From the human T2T-CHM13v2.0 reference genome, Homo sapiens: a DNA stretch of 64,000 nt. The notes under the pieces are model-generated. The model worked only from the letters and a program-made list of their open reading frames with translations, did no database searches and was not told the DNA's origin. Positions 24,916 to 39,589 of the stretch are shown here, in pieces; the stretch's first letter is position 1; every line of letters starts with the position of its first letter. The translations under genes and the position numbers were made by a program. Location of the stretch: the NCBI RefSeq assembly GCF_009914755.1, contig NC_060930.1; one strand, 5' to 3'.

Positions 24916-26990
24916 ACCTTCCCCTCTTGCCAACTCCCACCCATGCAGAGAGGCTACCATGAGACCCCAACATGCTGGGATGCACTTGCTGAGTACCACC
25001 TCTCTGTGTAGCTGTTCACAGTTCATTTCCACATTCTCTCTGGCTTCACCACTGACCTTACTTACATTCAGGCTCTCCATGGAGTAGTTGGGGTAGGGGA
25101 CGGCAGAGTAGCCAGCAGTGCCATAGGCCTTTGTATGTGGTCTTTGCCCATATCAGGGGCTGACCCCAGGAGATCAAGAGACACTCATGGGTTGTCACTG
25201 AGTGACAACCTATTTACTTGAATTTGTGAAGGAAACACAGACCCATTTCTTCCACTTGTTTCCAGTAACAACTAATTTTTTTTGCATGAGGGTTGAAAAA
25301 TTTAATTTGCCTGGCTTTCCGCTGGAAACTCTGAAAGAGTTTTGAGCAGGCAGAACAATGGAAAAGGGAATTGCCTACTTGGACTTCCCCAATTTTCAGG
25401 GACACAGGGAATTCGGATGGCGAGCCCACCAGTCTGGGGTCCCCAGTGGCCACAAAGTCTTTTTCCTGCCCATCTTGATGCCTCAGTTTGAGGAGGTGGT
25501 GGTAATCCCAGTAGTAGCTTGTTTTTCCGTCTGAGAGTGACATCCTCTGATGCTGACTTGTGAACTCATGCCTCTCACGCATCATTTCAGAAAGACATTT
25601 TTACAAAATAGAGATGAGGCCTACATATTGCCATTTTAACCTGGAACTGTGTTTTAACCTAAATGATTCAGAATAAGTAGGAATTTGGGGCATGACGGTT
25701 TATATCTTAGGCGGCGAATCTAAAGCAATCTGAATACATAATATTTATGGCATTATGTAGAGTATCCCCTTTGAATAATCCAAAAGTAAAAAGGCTCTAG
25801 ATGGCTTGGATATATAGAAAGACCTTAAGCCCACAGACAAACAGAATAAGGGCTGATTTATTTGCAGGTGTAAGCCTAGCTACTATTTTCCCCCAGGCCC
25901 ACAGTCAGTGCTCATAGACACGAACAACTTATTTTTTTGTCCCCCAAGAGAAGATGTTTTCGATTTTAAAACATCATAAGGTTCTGACTCTTGAACTAAA
26001 AAAACAATTTTTCCTTTAGCGTTTACAAGTTAGATGGTTTAAAAGGGAACAGAAAAATATAGAGAAAATTCACAGTAATAGGTATTAATATGACACTGCC
26101 CCAATAAGGTACTTTCAGAACATGTTCTCTCATTAACCATTTCTAAGTGTGCTGAAAATATATTTAACTGTCCTGCCCTCTCCTGCATTTCATGTATAAA
26201 TGCCAAAACCTAGAACTATCCTGATTCTTTACATAGGTAAAACATAAGTTCTCTTACAATTCTAAATATTATTCACTTCTATACTTATCAGGAATCAGTA
26301 AGCAGGTCCTAAATTCTGCATAGGAATTATGCCTCCAGAAAAGCAGAGAGCCACAGGCCAGGGCAGGAGGGACCCTACATAAACAAAGAGTGGAGGAGGC
26401 AGATGGCAGAGCAACTGCGGGAATGTGTGACTTGAACAGTATTGACTTTTTTTCCTTCTTACACGATTTCAAGTTTTAAAAATTAATGCCTTTAATTTTC
26501 TTTTCAAATTTAAAGTTTTAATGGTTCTATAAAATAGTGAATATTGCAAATACAATACAAAGACACTTTAACAGGAACATCTTAAAGCATATTCATTATT
26601 CCAAAGAAAATGCTGTGAAACTGGAATCTGAGGGAACTAAAATGTTGGTGTTCACAGCAAGTCAAGCTTGGGTGGTTCCTATTCACACACTAATGCAAGA
26701 TCACTGTAATGAGGTGGGAACAGACTTCCTGCGAGCCACAGGCCGATCTATTAGAAGATGATCTTCCAGGCTACTTCAACTATCTATTTTAACTCAATAT
26801 TAATGTTCAAAAATAATGTTACAAATAGCCATAGGATTATCTGTAGAAATACTTTTAGTGAGAATTTGTTTTACATTTCAAGATTCCAGAATAATTTCTA
26901 CAATTTCTTGAAAGGAATTTAAACTTTTTATAGTCAAGCATACTCTATGTGTGGTCCCATATTCCAGCACTTGTTTCTGTGGAAATTGGC

Positions 26991-27344
26991 TGTTATGGTT
27001 TCACTGTGTCCCCACCCAAATCTCAACTTGAATTGTAGCTCCCAGAATTCCCAAGTGTTGTGGGAGGGACCCAGGGGGAGGTAATTGAATCATGGGGGCC
27101 AGTCTTTCCCGTGCTATTCTCATGATAGTGAATAAGTCTCACAAGATCTGATGGCTATATCAGGGATTTCCCCTTTTGCTTATTTCTCATTTTTCTCTTG
27201 CTGCCACCATGTAAGAAGTACCTTTTGCCTCCTGCTATGATTCTGAGGCCTCCCCAGCCATGTGGAACTATAAGTCCAATTAAACCTCTTTTTCTTCCCA
27301 GTCTTGGGTATGTCTTTATCAGCATCATGAAAAGGAACTAATAC
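26991..27344 (+). mobile_element. THE1A solo LTR
   Basis: TG...CA termini, 354 bp, THE1A-type tctcaacttgaattg...cccagaattccc; 5-bp TSD ttggc/ttgac. Confidence 0.9.
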
Positions 27345-27693
27345 ATTGACACAGCATCTGTGCCAAGCAGAGTCCATGCTAAAGGCTGAATAAATGGCAC
27401 CTGGGTTGTGTCCATCTGATGGGTTAAGGCCAGGCTGCTAAGCCTTGACTCTTACCACAGGGCACAACTGCAGTGTTGGTAAGTGTGGATGTTAAACGCC
27501 CAAGAAGATATCTTAAGGTGGTCTATGTGCTTTCAGTATAAAAAATTGTCTTTTATTTTTCTGAAAAAGCTTGCTTTTGATGAAGGCTTAACCATCTGTG
27601 CTTTAATGAAATGGGTGAAAAATGAACTGTGATTAACAGATTTTATAATTTCTTTGTGTTGCTTCAGTTACTCCCTAAATTAACTAAATTTCT

Positions 27694-29574
<1,881 letters not shown>

Positions 29575-29619
29575 AAATTAACTAAATTTCTAAATTAAAG
29601 TTCTTTTAAAATATTTACT

Positions 29620-29705
29620 ATCACTTCTAAAGTTTTTACTGTGTATGCTGGGCACTGTTCTAAGTGCTTTGCATGTATTAGTTTATCTATTCCTTACGAC
29701 AATTA
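29620..29705 (-). mobile_element. MIR fragment
   Basis: tactgtgtatgctgggcactgttctaagtgctttgcatgtatta. Confidence 0.7.
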
Positions 29706-29716
29706 AAAGGTCAATT

Positions 29717-30005
29717 GTGACATTGGTATTAGGAGGTTGGGCCTTAGGGAAGTGATGAGATCATGAGGGTAGAAACTCATAAATGAAATTAGTGCTTTTA
29801 GAGAAGAGGCCTCAGAGAGTTCTCTTGCCTCTTCTACCATGTGAGGACACAGGGAGAAGGTGCCATTTATGAACCAGGAAGCCATCCCTCAACAGATACC
29901 AAATCTATTGATGTCTTGATATTGGACTTCCCGGACTCCAGGACTGTGAGTTTGTTTGTTGTTTAAGCCACTTAGTCAATGATATTTTTGTTACAGCAGC
30001 CTGAC
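29717..30005 (+). mobile_element. MLT1A/MLT1A0-like LTR
   Basis: ggtattaggaggttgggcctt...ccatgtgaggacacagggagaaggtgccat...tttgttacagcagcc. Confidence 0.8.
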
Positions 30006-30289
30006 CTGGGTGCAACCTTTCCCTAGCACAAAACTCCCTGCCCGAAGTTTCTTCTGTCTCCTGTGTTCTCATATTCTGCTTTCATTTGGGAATCAACACA
30101 CCAGGACCTGCAGCAGTACAAAGTTTCATTCTATTCCAAGTACTGTAATTATTCCTAAAGGAAGTAGCGTCAGGTCACAGCAGAAGATGGTCTTTGGAAA
30201 AGGGGAATGGGTCAGTCTATGTGGCCTTAACTGATGGTCTACTCTTAGCAACAGGATCAGGTGAAGACCTGCAGGACAGACTCATAGGA

Positions 30290-30510
30290 GTAGATGTTGG
30301 AGAAGGTAAGGGATGGAATTGAGATTTACAGTGAGTCTTACAGGTCATAACAATAGCTAAATACCATAAAGAGAATATTAATCAGGCTATGTTGAAGTCC
30401 TAAACTTAGGTTTAAACATCACATTATATGATTATAGAAATAGACATCTATAATTCAAGGGAATGAGATATAACTTAGTAATCTGTGAATGATACTTTTC
30501 ACTGAATGTG
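30290..30510 (+). mobile_element. CR1/L3 relic
   Basis: tcttacagg...caatagctaaataccataaagagaatattaatcagg...tgaagtcctaaacttaggtt resembles the L3 ORF2 3' region. Confidence 0.45.
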
Positions 30511-30526
30511 AGAATTACATATAGCT

Positions 30527-32042
30527 TGTATTATCCTGTTATCATGCTGTTAAAAGGACATACCCACAACTGGGTAATTTATAAAGGAAAGAGGTTTAAT
30601 TGACTCACAGTTCTGCGGGCTGGGGAGGCCTCAGGAAATTTACAATCATGGCAGAATGGGAAGCAAATCTGTCCTTCACATGGCAACAGGAGAGAGAATC
30701 ACCAAGCAAAGGGGGTAAAGCCCCTTACAAAACCATCAAATCTCATGAGAACTCACTCGCTATCATGAGAGCGGCATAGAGGTAACTGCTCCCATGATTA
30801 AATTACCTCCTACTTGATCCCTCCCACAACACATGGGGATTATGGGAACTACAATTCAAGATGAGATTTGGTTGGGGACACAAAGCCAAATAATATCATT
30901 CCACCTCTGACCCCTGCCAAATGTCATGTCCCCACATTTGAAAACACAATCATGCCTTTGCAATAGTCCCCAAAGTTTTAACTCATTCCGGCGTTAACCC
31001 AAAAGTCCAAGTCCAAAGTCTCATCTGAGACAAGGCAAGTCACTTCCACCTATAAGCCTGTAAAATCAAAAGCAAGTTAGTTACTTCCAAGATACAATGG
31101 GGGCACAGGCACTGAATAAATATACCCATTCCAAATGGAAGAAATTGGACAAAAGAAAGGGATATAGGCCCCATGCAAGTACAAAATCCAATAGGGCGAT
31201 CATTAAAGCTTAAGGTTTCAAAATAATCTCTTAGGTAGGGGCACAACGTTGCCAGTCTCTTTGCTAAAGCATAGCAAGAATCACCTTTATTCCAGTTCCC
31301 AACAAGTTCCTCATCTCCATCTGAGACCAACTCAGCCTGGACCTCATTGTTTATCCTTTATCCCAGTTCCCAACAAGTTCCTCATCTCCATCTGAGACCA
31401 CCTCAGCCTGGACTTCATTGTTTATATCATTATCAACATTTTGGTTAAAGGCATTCAACAAATTTCTAGGAAGTTCCAAACTTTCCCACATCTTCTTGTC
31501 TTCTGAGCCCTCCAAGTCTCTAGGAAGTTCCAACTTTCTCCCATTTTTCTGTCTTCTTCTGAGCCCTCCAAACTGTTCCAACCTTTACCTGTTACCCAGT
31601 ACCAAAGTTGATTCCACATTTTCTGCTGTCCTTATTGCCGCAGCCCACTCTCTGTGGTATCAATTTTCTGTATTAGTCCATTCTCACACTTCTATAAGGA
31701 CATATCCAAGACTGCATAATTTATAAAGGAAAGAGATTTAATTGACTCAGAGTTCCATATGACTGGGGAGGCCTCAGAAAACTTAAAATCATGGCAGAAG
31801 GGAAAGCAAACACATTGTTCTTCACATGGTGGCTGGGGAGAGAAGTGGAAGCCAAGGGGGTGAAAGCCCCTTATAAAACCATCAGATCTCACGAGAACTC
31901 ACTGACTATCACAAGAACACATGGCAGTAACTGCTCCCAGGATTCAATTACCTCCTTCCAGGTCCTTCCCATGACTAGTGGGGATTATCAGAACTACAAT
32001 TCAACATGGGAACTGGGTGGGACACAAAGCCAAACCATATCT
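30527..32042 (-). mobile_element. THE1D provirus, internally deleted (LTRs 30527-30898 and 31669-32042)
   Basis: Two THE1D-type LTRs flank only ~770 bp of THE1-int. Confidence 0.9.
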
Positions 32043-32049
32043 GGTTTTA

Positions 32050-32420
32050 TTTTCTTTAACAGCATTCTATTTCTTTATTAATTTTGCTTTTTTTGTTAAG
32101 ATTTTCTCCAGTGATAAAACATACCATTTTAATATCATTCTTCAATTAATAATGCATCTGGACTTTATATACAGTGTAAGAAATGGGTCAGTATTACTTT
32201 TTTCATATGAATAGTCAATCGATGATGCATTATTTATTGAAAATGGCATCCTTTTCCTTATGGCATTACAGTGGTACTGTTGTCATAAGTCAAGTACCTA
32301 ATACATGTGGGTTTACTTCTGGACCCTTGTGTCCCATTTTCCAGTATGTCTGTCCTCAGCCTATACCACACCTTCATGATTCGTAAAACTCTATTGATTA
32401 CATATATCCAGGTAATAATT
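32050..32420 (-). mobile_element. Old L1M ORF2 fragment
   Basis: cattatttattgaaaa, tgtcataagtcaagtacctaatacatgtgggtttacttctggac. Confidence 0.65.
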
Positions 32421-32429
32421 GAAAATATT

Positions 32430-33170
32430 ACAAGACCACACACAATACATTGACGTGAGGGTTTAATGAAGATAAATGGTGCAGGACAGCAAGAGAAAGA
32501 AGGCACTTGAAGGATCAGAGAGGCCCCAGTCTTCCAGGGACAGCTCTTAAGGCCCTTTCTGGGATTCATAGCATGTGCTTTATCTTAAGCGTTTGAATCC
32601 AAACTGGGCAACAGATATCTGGTCTCAAGGGAGACAAGCACAAGGCCACCGAACAGTGTCTTATATGAGTTAGCTGGATCTTCTGCTCAGGCCTCACAGG
32701 CTGACAGCAAGGTGCCCTCATCTGAGGCCCTGACTCCTCTTGAAGTATTTGAGTTGTTGGCAGATTTCATTTCCTCAGCTATAGGTACTCAGTTGTAGGA
32801 CTGAGGTCCCATTTGCTTGTTAGCTATCAGCCAGAGATTGTTCTCAGCCTTGAGTTGTCCACTACATACCATCAGCAGCCCACTCTGCTCCAACAGCAGC
32901 CACAGCATAGCTGTTTGTTCTTCCTGGAAGCTGGCAAGAGTCTGTTTCTCTGAGTTCTTATCTGCCTTTTAAAAGGCTTCTGTGATCAGATCAGACCCAC
33001 CTCGATAGTATTTATATTCTAAGGTGACCTGACTTGGGACTTAAATCACATCTGCAATATCCCTTCACAGAAGTAGCTAGATTACTGTTTGATTGAATAA
33101 TCAGGGGACAGGAATAGTGAGGAGGGAGGGAGGAGGTGTCAACAGCATCTTTAGAAGCTTCTACTTCCAT
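32430..33170 (-). mobile_element. Old LTR fragments (MER21-like then MLT1E-like)
   Basis: ttgttggcagatttcatttcct...ttgtaggactgaggtccc...cacatctgcaatatcccttcacag...atctttagaa. Confidence 0.55.
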
Positions 33171-33433
33171 CTGGAGGTCATGCTTGAGTTGGTGCCCATG
33201 CTCTTTATCATCTTTGTCCTTGTCATATTGTCCAAATAGCTCTTGGGTATGTTTTATCTATTTTTCTGAGTCTTTTTATTCTGTCTTACTTTCCCTTTCT
33301 TCTGGAGTAATATCTCTTCTAAACAACGAATATAGGCCAATAACTCTTTTTTCTCAGCCTTTTTTTTTCATTAAAGAGAAATTCTGCCTGTCCTAGGATT
33401 CCTGCATCTATTCCAATTGTTTCTAAGATGAAT

Positions 33434-36230
33434 TGATATAGTTTGAATATTTGTCCCTGCCTTACTTTCATATTGAATTGTAATCCCCAGTGCTGGATGT
33501 GGGGTATGGTGGGAGGTATATGGGTCATGAGGGCAGATCCCTCATGGCTTGCTGCTGTCTTTGTGATAGTGAATTTCTGCAAGATCTGATCATTTAAAAA
33601 TGTGTGGCACCTCCTGCCCACTCTCTCTCTCTTGCTTGCACCTGCTTTTGCCATGTGATATGCCTGTTCCTCCTTTGCCATCCAACATAATTGTCAGCTT
33701 CCTGAGGTCTCCCTAGAATTCAAGCAGATGCTAACACCATGCTTCCTGTAAAGCCTTCAGAACTGTGAGCTAATTATACCTCTTTTCTTTATAAATTATC
33801 CAGTCTCATGTATTTCTTTATAGCAGTGCAAGAGCACCAAATACAGAAAATTGGTAGCAAGAAGTGGGGTGTTGCTATAAAGATACCTGAAAATGAGAAA
33901 GTGATTTTGGAACTGGCTAATGGGCAGAGGTTGGAAGAGTTTAGAGGACTCAGAAGAAGACCTGAATATGAGAGAAAGCTTGGGCCTTCTTAGATACAGG
34001 TTAAATGATTGTGACAAAAATGCTGATAGTGACATGGATAGTGAAGTCCAGGCTGCCAATGTCTCAGATAGAAATAAGAAACTTATTGGGAACTGGAGCA
34101 AAGGTCATGCCTGTTATGCCTTAGCAAAGAGCTTGGCTTCATTCTGTTCATGCCCCAGGGAACTGTGGAAGTTTGAGCTTGAGAGTGTGACCTAGGGTAT
34201 CTGGTGGCAAAAATATCTAAACAACAAAGTATTCAAGATGTGGCCTGGCTGTTTCTAACAGCTGATGCTCAGATGCAGAACAAAGGAATTTTCTAAAGTT
34301 GGAATTTATATTTAAACCGTAAACAGAGCATATAAATTTGGAAAATTTGAAGCCTGACCATGTGACAAAGAAAGAAAAAGCTTTTTTGGTGGAGTAATTC
34401 AAGCAGGCTATGGAGCAAATTGTTGCTAGAGATATTTGCATAACTAAAATGCAGCCCAGTGCTAATATCCAAGACAATGGGGAAAAGGCACTGAAGACGT
34501 TTCAGAAAACTTCGTGGAAGTCCCTGCCATCACAGACACAGAAGCCTAGGAAGAATGAATGGTTTCATGGGCCAGGGCCAGGGCTTTGTTGCCTTGTGCA
34601 GCTTCAGGACACTGCTCTCTATGTCCATGCCATTCCAGCTGTGGTCTCAGATCAAAGGGGCACTGATGCAGCTTGGACTGCCACTTTGGAGATTGCAAGC
34701 CATAAGCTTTGGAGGCTTTCACTTGGTGTTAAGCTTGTATATGCACAGAATGCAAGAATGAAGAACAGTTGGCAGCCTCTGATTAGATGTCAGAGGATGT
34801 ATGGGAAAGCCTGGGTGCCCAGCCCAGGCAGAGAACCTCTACTAGGCAGTGCCAAGGGAAAATGTGGGATTGCAGTCCCCACACATATTCCCCAGTGGGG
34901 CACTTCCTAGTGGAGCTGTGGGAAGGGGGCCACTGTCTTCCAAACCCCAGAATGGTAGATCCATCAGGAACTTGCACCCTGTGCTTGGAAAAGCCACAGG
35001 CACTCAACTCAAACCACAGGAACAAGCACAGAGCTGCACCCTGCAAAGCCAAAGGGGTTTGGGAGCCTGCCCCTTGCAGCATTGTGCCCTGGATATGGGA
35101 CATGGAGTCAAAGGAAATTATCCTAGAGCTTGAATATTTAATGACTCCCCTACTGGGTTTTAAACTTGCATGGGGCATGTAGTCCCTTTCTTTTGGCCAA
35201 TTTCTGTCTTTTGAAATGGGAATGTTTACTCAATGCCTATAACTCCATTGTGTCTTTGGAGTAAATAACTTGTTTTTTATTTTACAGGCTCATAGATGGA
35301 ATGGATTTGCCCTCTCTCAGATTAGACTTTGAACATTAAGTTAATGTTAAAATGAATTAAGACCTTGGGGGACTGTTGGGAAGGCATGATCATATTTTGC
35401 AATGTGAGAAGGAAATGTGATTCCAGAGAAGCCTGGGGTAGAATGATACAGTTTAAATATTTGTCTCTGCCCAAATCTCGTGTTGAATTATAATCCCCAA
35501 GGCTAGAGGAGAAGACCAGTGGGAGATATTTGGATCATGGAGACAGAACCCTTATGACCTGGTGCTGTCTTCAGAGTAGTGAGTGAGTTCTCATGAAATC
35601 TGTTCATTTAAAAGTATGTGGCACCTCCTCCCCACTCTCTCTTGCTTACTTCTGCTTTTGCCATATGATGTGCCTGTTCCTCCTTCTCCTTCTGCCATGA
35701 TTGTAAGTTTTCTGAGGCCTCCCAGAAACCAAGCAGATGCCAGCACCATGCTTCCTGTAAAGCCTGCAGAACTGTTAGCCAATTATACCAGTTTTCTTTA
35801 TAAATTACCCATTGATATTTTTTGGCTGTGTCCCCAGCCAAATCTCATCTTGAATTGTAACCCCCACAATTCCCATGGGCCATGGGAGGAAACCATTGGG
35901 AGGTAATTGAATCACGGGGGCGGGTTTTTCCCATCCTGTTCTCATAACAGTGATTAAGTCTCTAGAGATCTGATGGTTCTAGAACGGGGAGTTTCCCTGC
36001 ATGAACTCTCTTTTTGCCTGCTGCCGTTCATATAAGACATGACTTGCTCCTCCTTACCTTCTGCCATGTTTGTGAGGCCTCCCCAGCTACACAGAACTGT
36101 AAGTCCATGAAACCGTTTTTTCTGTATAAATTATCCAGTCTCAGTATGTCTTTATCAGCAGCATGAAAACAGACTAATAACACCCATTTGCGGGTATTTC
36201 CTTCTAGCTTTGCAAGAATGGACTAAGACG
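33434..36230 (+). mobile_element. MSTB-type MaLR provirus (5'LTR 33434-33844, internal 33845-35443, 3'LTR 35444-36230 interrupted by THE1B)
   Basis: Two similar MST LTRs (aagcagatgc...caccatgcttcctgta) flank ~1.6 kb of MaLR internal sequence. Confidence 0.9.
35813..36182 (+). mobile_element. THE1B solo LTR nested in the MSTB 3' LTR
   Basis: TG...CA termini with perfect 5-bp TSD cccat (35808-35812 / 36183-36187). Confidence 0.92.
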
Positions 36231-36517
36231 CTCATTTAGGCATTTCTGCCAATGCTGGTTTACCCAACAAGCATGTTGTGGCAATCAAGTGATTATTGTT
36301 TGAAGACAGTAGGAGTATATGTTTTGGATCCCCCCAAATTGAGTTCCTCATCATAGTGTCATCTAGGTAGTTGTCATCCACAAATAGACTTTTGTTTTAG
36401 TGCATCAAAGAGCTTTCTTTGGCACATTAAGCAAATATATGGGCTAGAAGTAGCAGATATGTGAGCCTACCAAGTCATCTAAACTAAGATTGCTTTAAGG
36501 TTCCCTTTCTTTCTAAA

Positions 36518-37585
36518 ATTTTATTTTATTTTATTTTAAATTCCGGGATACATGTGCAGGACATGCAGTTTTGTTACATAGGTAGACGTGTGCCATGGTG
36601 GTTTGCTGCACCTATCAATCCACACCTAGGTATTAAGCCCGGCAGGCATTAGCTATTTATCCTGATGTGCTCCCTCCCCGCACACCCCCCACAGGCCCCA
36701 GTGTGGTTTGTTGCCCTCCCTGTGTCCATGGGTTCTCATCATTCAGCTGCCACTCATAAGTGAGAACATGCGTTGTCTGGTTTTCTGTTCCTGTGTTAAT
36801 TTGCTGAGGATAATGGCTTCCAGCTACATTCATGTCCCTGCAAGGACATGATATCATTCCTTTTTATGGCTGCATACTATATTCCATGGTAAATATATTC
36901 CATGGTATGTATTTACCACATTTTCTTTATCCAGTCTATCACTGATGGGCATTTGGGTTGATTTCATGTCTTTGCTATTGTGAATAGTTCTGCAATGAAC
37001 ATATGCATGCATGTATCTTTAAAATAGAATGATTTATATTCCGTTGGCTATATACCCAGTGATGGGATTGCTGGGTCAAATGATATTTCTGGTTCCAAGT
37101 ATTTGAAGAAATGTTACACTATCTTCCACCATGGTTGAACTAATATACTTTTCCACCAATAGTGTAAAAGCATTCCTATTTCTCCACACCCTCACTAACA
37201 TCTGTTGTTTCTTGACTTTGATAATCACCATGTGACTGGTGTGAGATGTTATCTCATTGTGGTTTTGGTTTGCATTTCTCTAATGATCGGTAATGTTGAA
37301 CTTTTTATTATATTTTTCTTGGCCACATAAATGTCTTCTTTTGAGAAGTGTCTGTTCATGTCCTTTGCCTACTTTTTAATGAGGTTTTTTTTTTTTTCTT
37401 GTAAATTTGTTTAAGTTCCTTGCAGATTCTGGATATTAGACCTTTGTCAGATGGATAGATTGCAAACATTTTCTCTCATTCTGTAGGTCGTTGGTTCACT
37501 TTGATGACAGTTTCTTTTGCTATGCAGAAGCTCTTAAGTTTAATTAGATCCCATTGTCAATTTTTGCTTTTGTTGCAATTATTTT
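36518..37585 (-). mobile_element. 5'-truncated L1PA (L1PA10-like) 3' end
   Basis: (TTTTA)n tail, gggatacatgtgcagg 3'UTR, ORF2 C-terminal sequence. Confidence 0.85.
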
Positions 37586-37729
37586 TATCTTGAGCATTGC
37601 CTTACACCCCCCAAAACATTATAGACTTTAGGATATGTGGTGCTGTGAGAAGCATGCAAAGAATTCTTTACATGCATTACACTCAGGTTTGAGTTGACAA
37701 AGACAGCATAGTGTAAGTGGTGGTAGAGG

Positions 37730-38040
37730 AGGTGACCAGCACTCATTAAAAATCCAGCCCTAAGTACTAATGAAAAACATTAGCTATTTAATTTTTAAAA
37801 TATTCCTATGTAGGTAGTCTTGTTTGTTAATGAGTAAATTGAGGCACAAAGAGATTAAATAACTTGCTGAAGCCTAGATTTGAACTTAAGACTGTGGGCT
37901 ACTTTGATTGTCAGTTCACTCACTGATCCAATTTTCTCATCTGAAAAAAATAATTGCTAATAATCCTACATGCACAAGAATGTCATGAGTGTGAATTAGA
38001 GGATGTCAGTGTCTGAGACACACAATAATTGCAAAATAGC
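37730..38040. mobile_element. MIR fragments in both orientations
   Basis: atgagtaaattgaggcacaaagagattaaataacttg; caattttctcatctgaaaa. Confidence 0.6.
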
Positions 38041-38539
38041 ACTTGTCACATCAGATCTGTCATAGCTCTTCTCCAAAATGCACTTAGCCTAGGAAAATGG
38101 CATGAGATTTCAGAAAAAGTATCCACCATGTGTGTTAATGAAGATCCAGTGGTAGCAAGAAAATCAATATATGACATACTTTTTCATTATGATGTGTTGT
38201 GATGGTTCTATTTGCAATGTTTAATGGAGAAGAGTTATTTTAGTGCTTATCAGAGTTGTTAGAAAGGCCCTTTGGGACTGTGAATGCTTAAGTTTCTTCA
38301 TTAACTAGAAAGATGAAAATCTGCCACTGGGCACTAAACGTATATTAATAAATCATTCAAGAGGATAAGGTCACTTCTTCAGTTTTATTCTCCAAAACTT
38401 AGGTGTTTAAATGTGTTGATATAGAGGGAAATGTCTACTCTGCTCATCAAAACTAAGAACTTGCTAATACAAGTTAGCTCAGTAGTGCCTCAGAAAAAAT
38501 TAAAAAGCCCTGTTATTTATCCACAGCCCAAACATCACT

Positions 38540-39050
38540 GGATTGTTCTACATGTTCCTGAGATACCTAGAGTCATTCTGCCAAAATACCTTGTCATATA
38601 TTAAAGTAATAATCCTCCTCCTAAACCGATTATTCTCTTGCATTTTCTGTCATAGTTACTATCACTAACCATCTAAAAACTCAGGCTAGATTCCTGTGAA
38701 TGGTTTTTAATTCCACTTCTTGCCTCACCTATAGTACCAAACAATAAATAGATATATTTTATTTTCTCAGAGTTTCTCAAGTCCTGTTAATGCCACTAAA
38801 ACCATAGTATCAATGTCCTTAGTGAGAGGGATAATATACCTTGTTTAGATTGCTCTAAGGGCAACTTAATTTATCTTCAGGCCTTGGGCTTGGTCTTTAC
38901 ATCTGCCCTGCACAATGCAATTGGAGTGATCCTTCAAAGTAAAAAGGACCATTACATTCTGCTGATAGAATACTTTAATGCCCACAGCAGAGTCTGTAGT
39001 ACATTGGAATCACACAATAAATATATGTCCAATAGCATGTTGAACTGACA
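38540..39050 (+). mobile_element. L2 relic
   Basis: ctgcacaatgcaattggagtgatccttcaaag; cacaataaatatatgt. Confidence 0.5.
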
Positions 39051-39589
39051 GATGTGAATGGGATAAATTTTAGCTATGCCAACTTCCACAGCTCCATTCA
39101 GTGCAAGAGAATGAATCAGTTTAGGAGGCCAACTTCCACAACTCCATTTAGTGACGAATGAATGTCTATTCCCAAACCTAAGAGAAAACTCAGGGATGAA
39201 GATCTGGATTTGATCACTGTCAATTTGTAGGTGAAAATGAAGGCCATGGTAGAAAGTGTGATTGACTAAGAAGTTATAAATGTTTCTATAAAAAGGAGAT
39301 ATACACCATTAGCCACCAAATTATTTCCTATTTGATTCTTGCATATTATATTATAAGCTTATAAGTTTACAGTGCTTTCTAGCTAACAGAGAAAGAGCAC
39401 ACATATTAATTTACCTGAAACTTACAATAACTCTGTGATAGTTTAAATTTTATAGTTAATGCAAGTTAGGCCCAGAAAGGTTTAGTGAGTTGTCTAATAT
39501 ATTATGGCTAGAAATTGGTAGAATGTGGACTCAATTTCCAAGGTGGGGAAATCTTAGAATGCAGTCGACTTCACTACCTTTTATGTATG

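Noticed and set aside
25320-25400. MEKGIAYLDF-like translation resembling a CR1 RT motif
   Set aside because: Too short and diverged to support; the overlapping 123-aa minus ORF has no recognisable domain.
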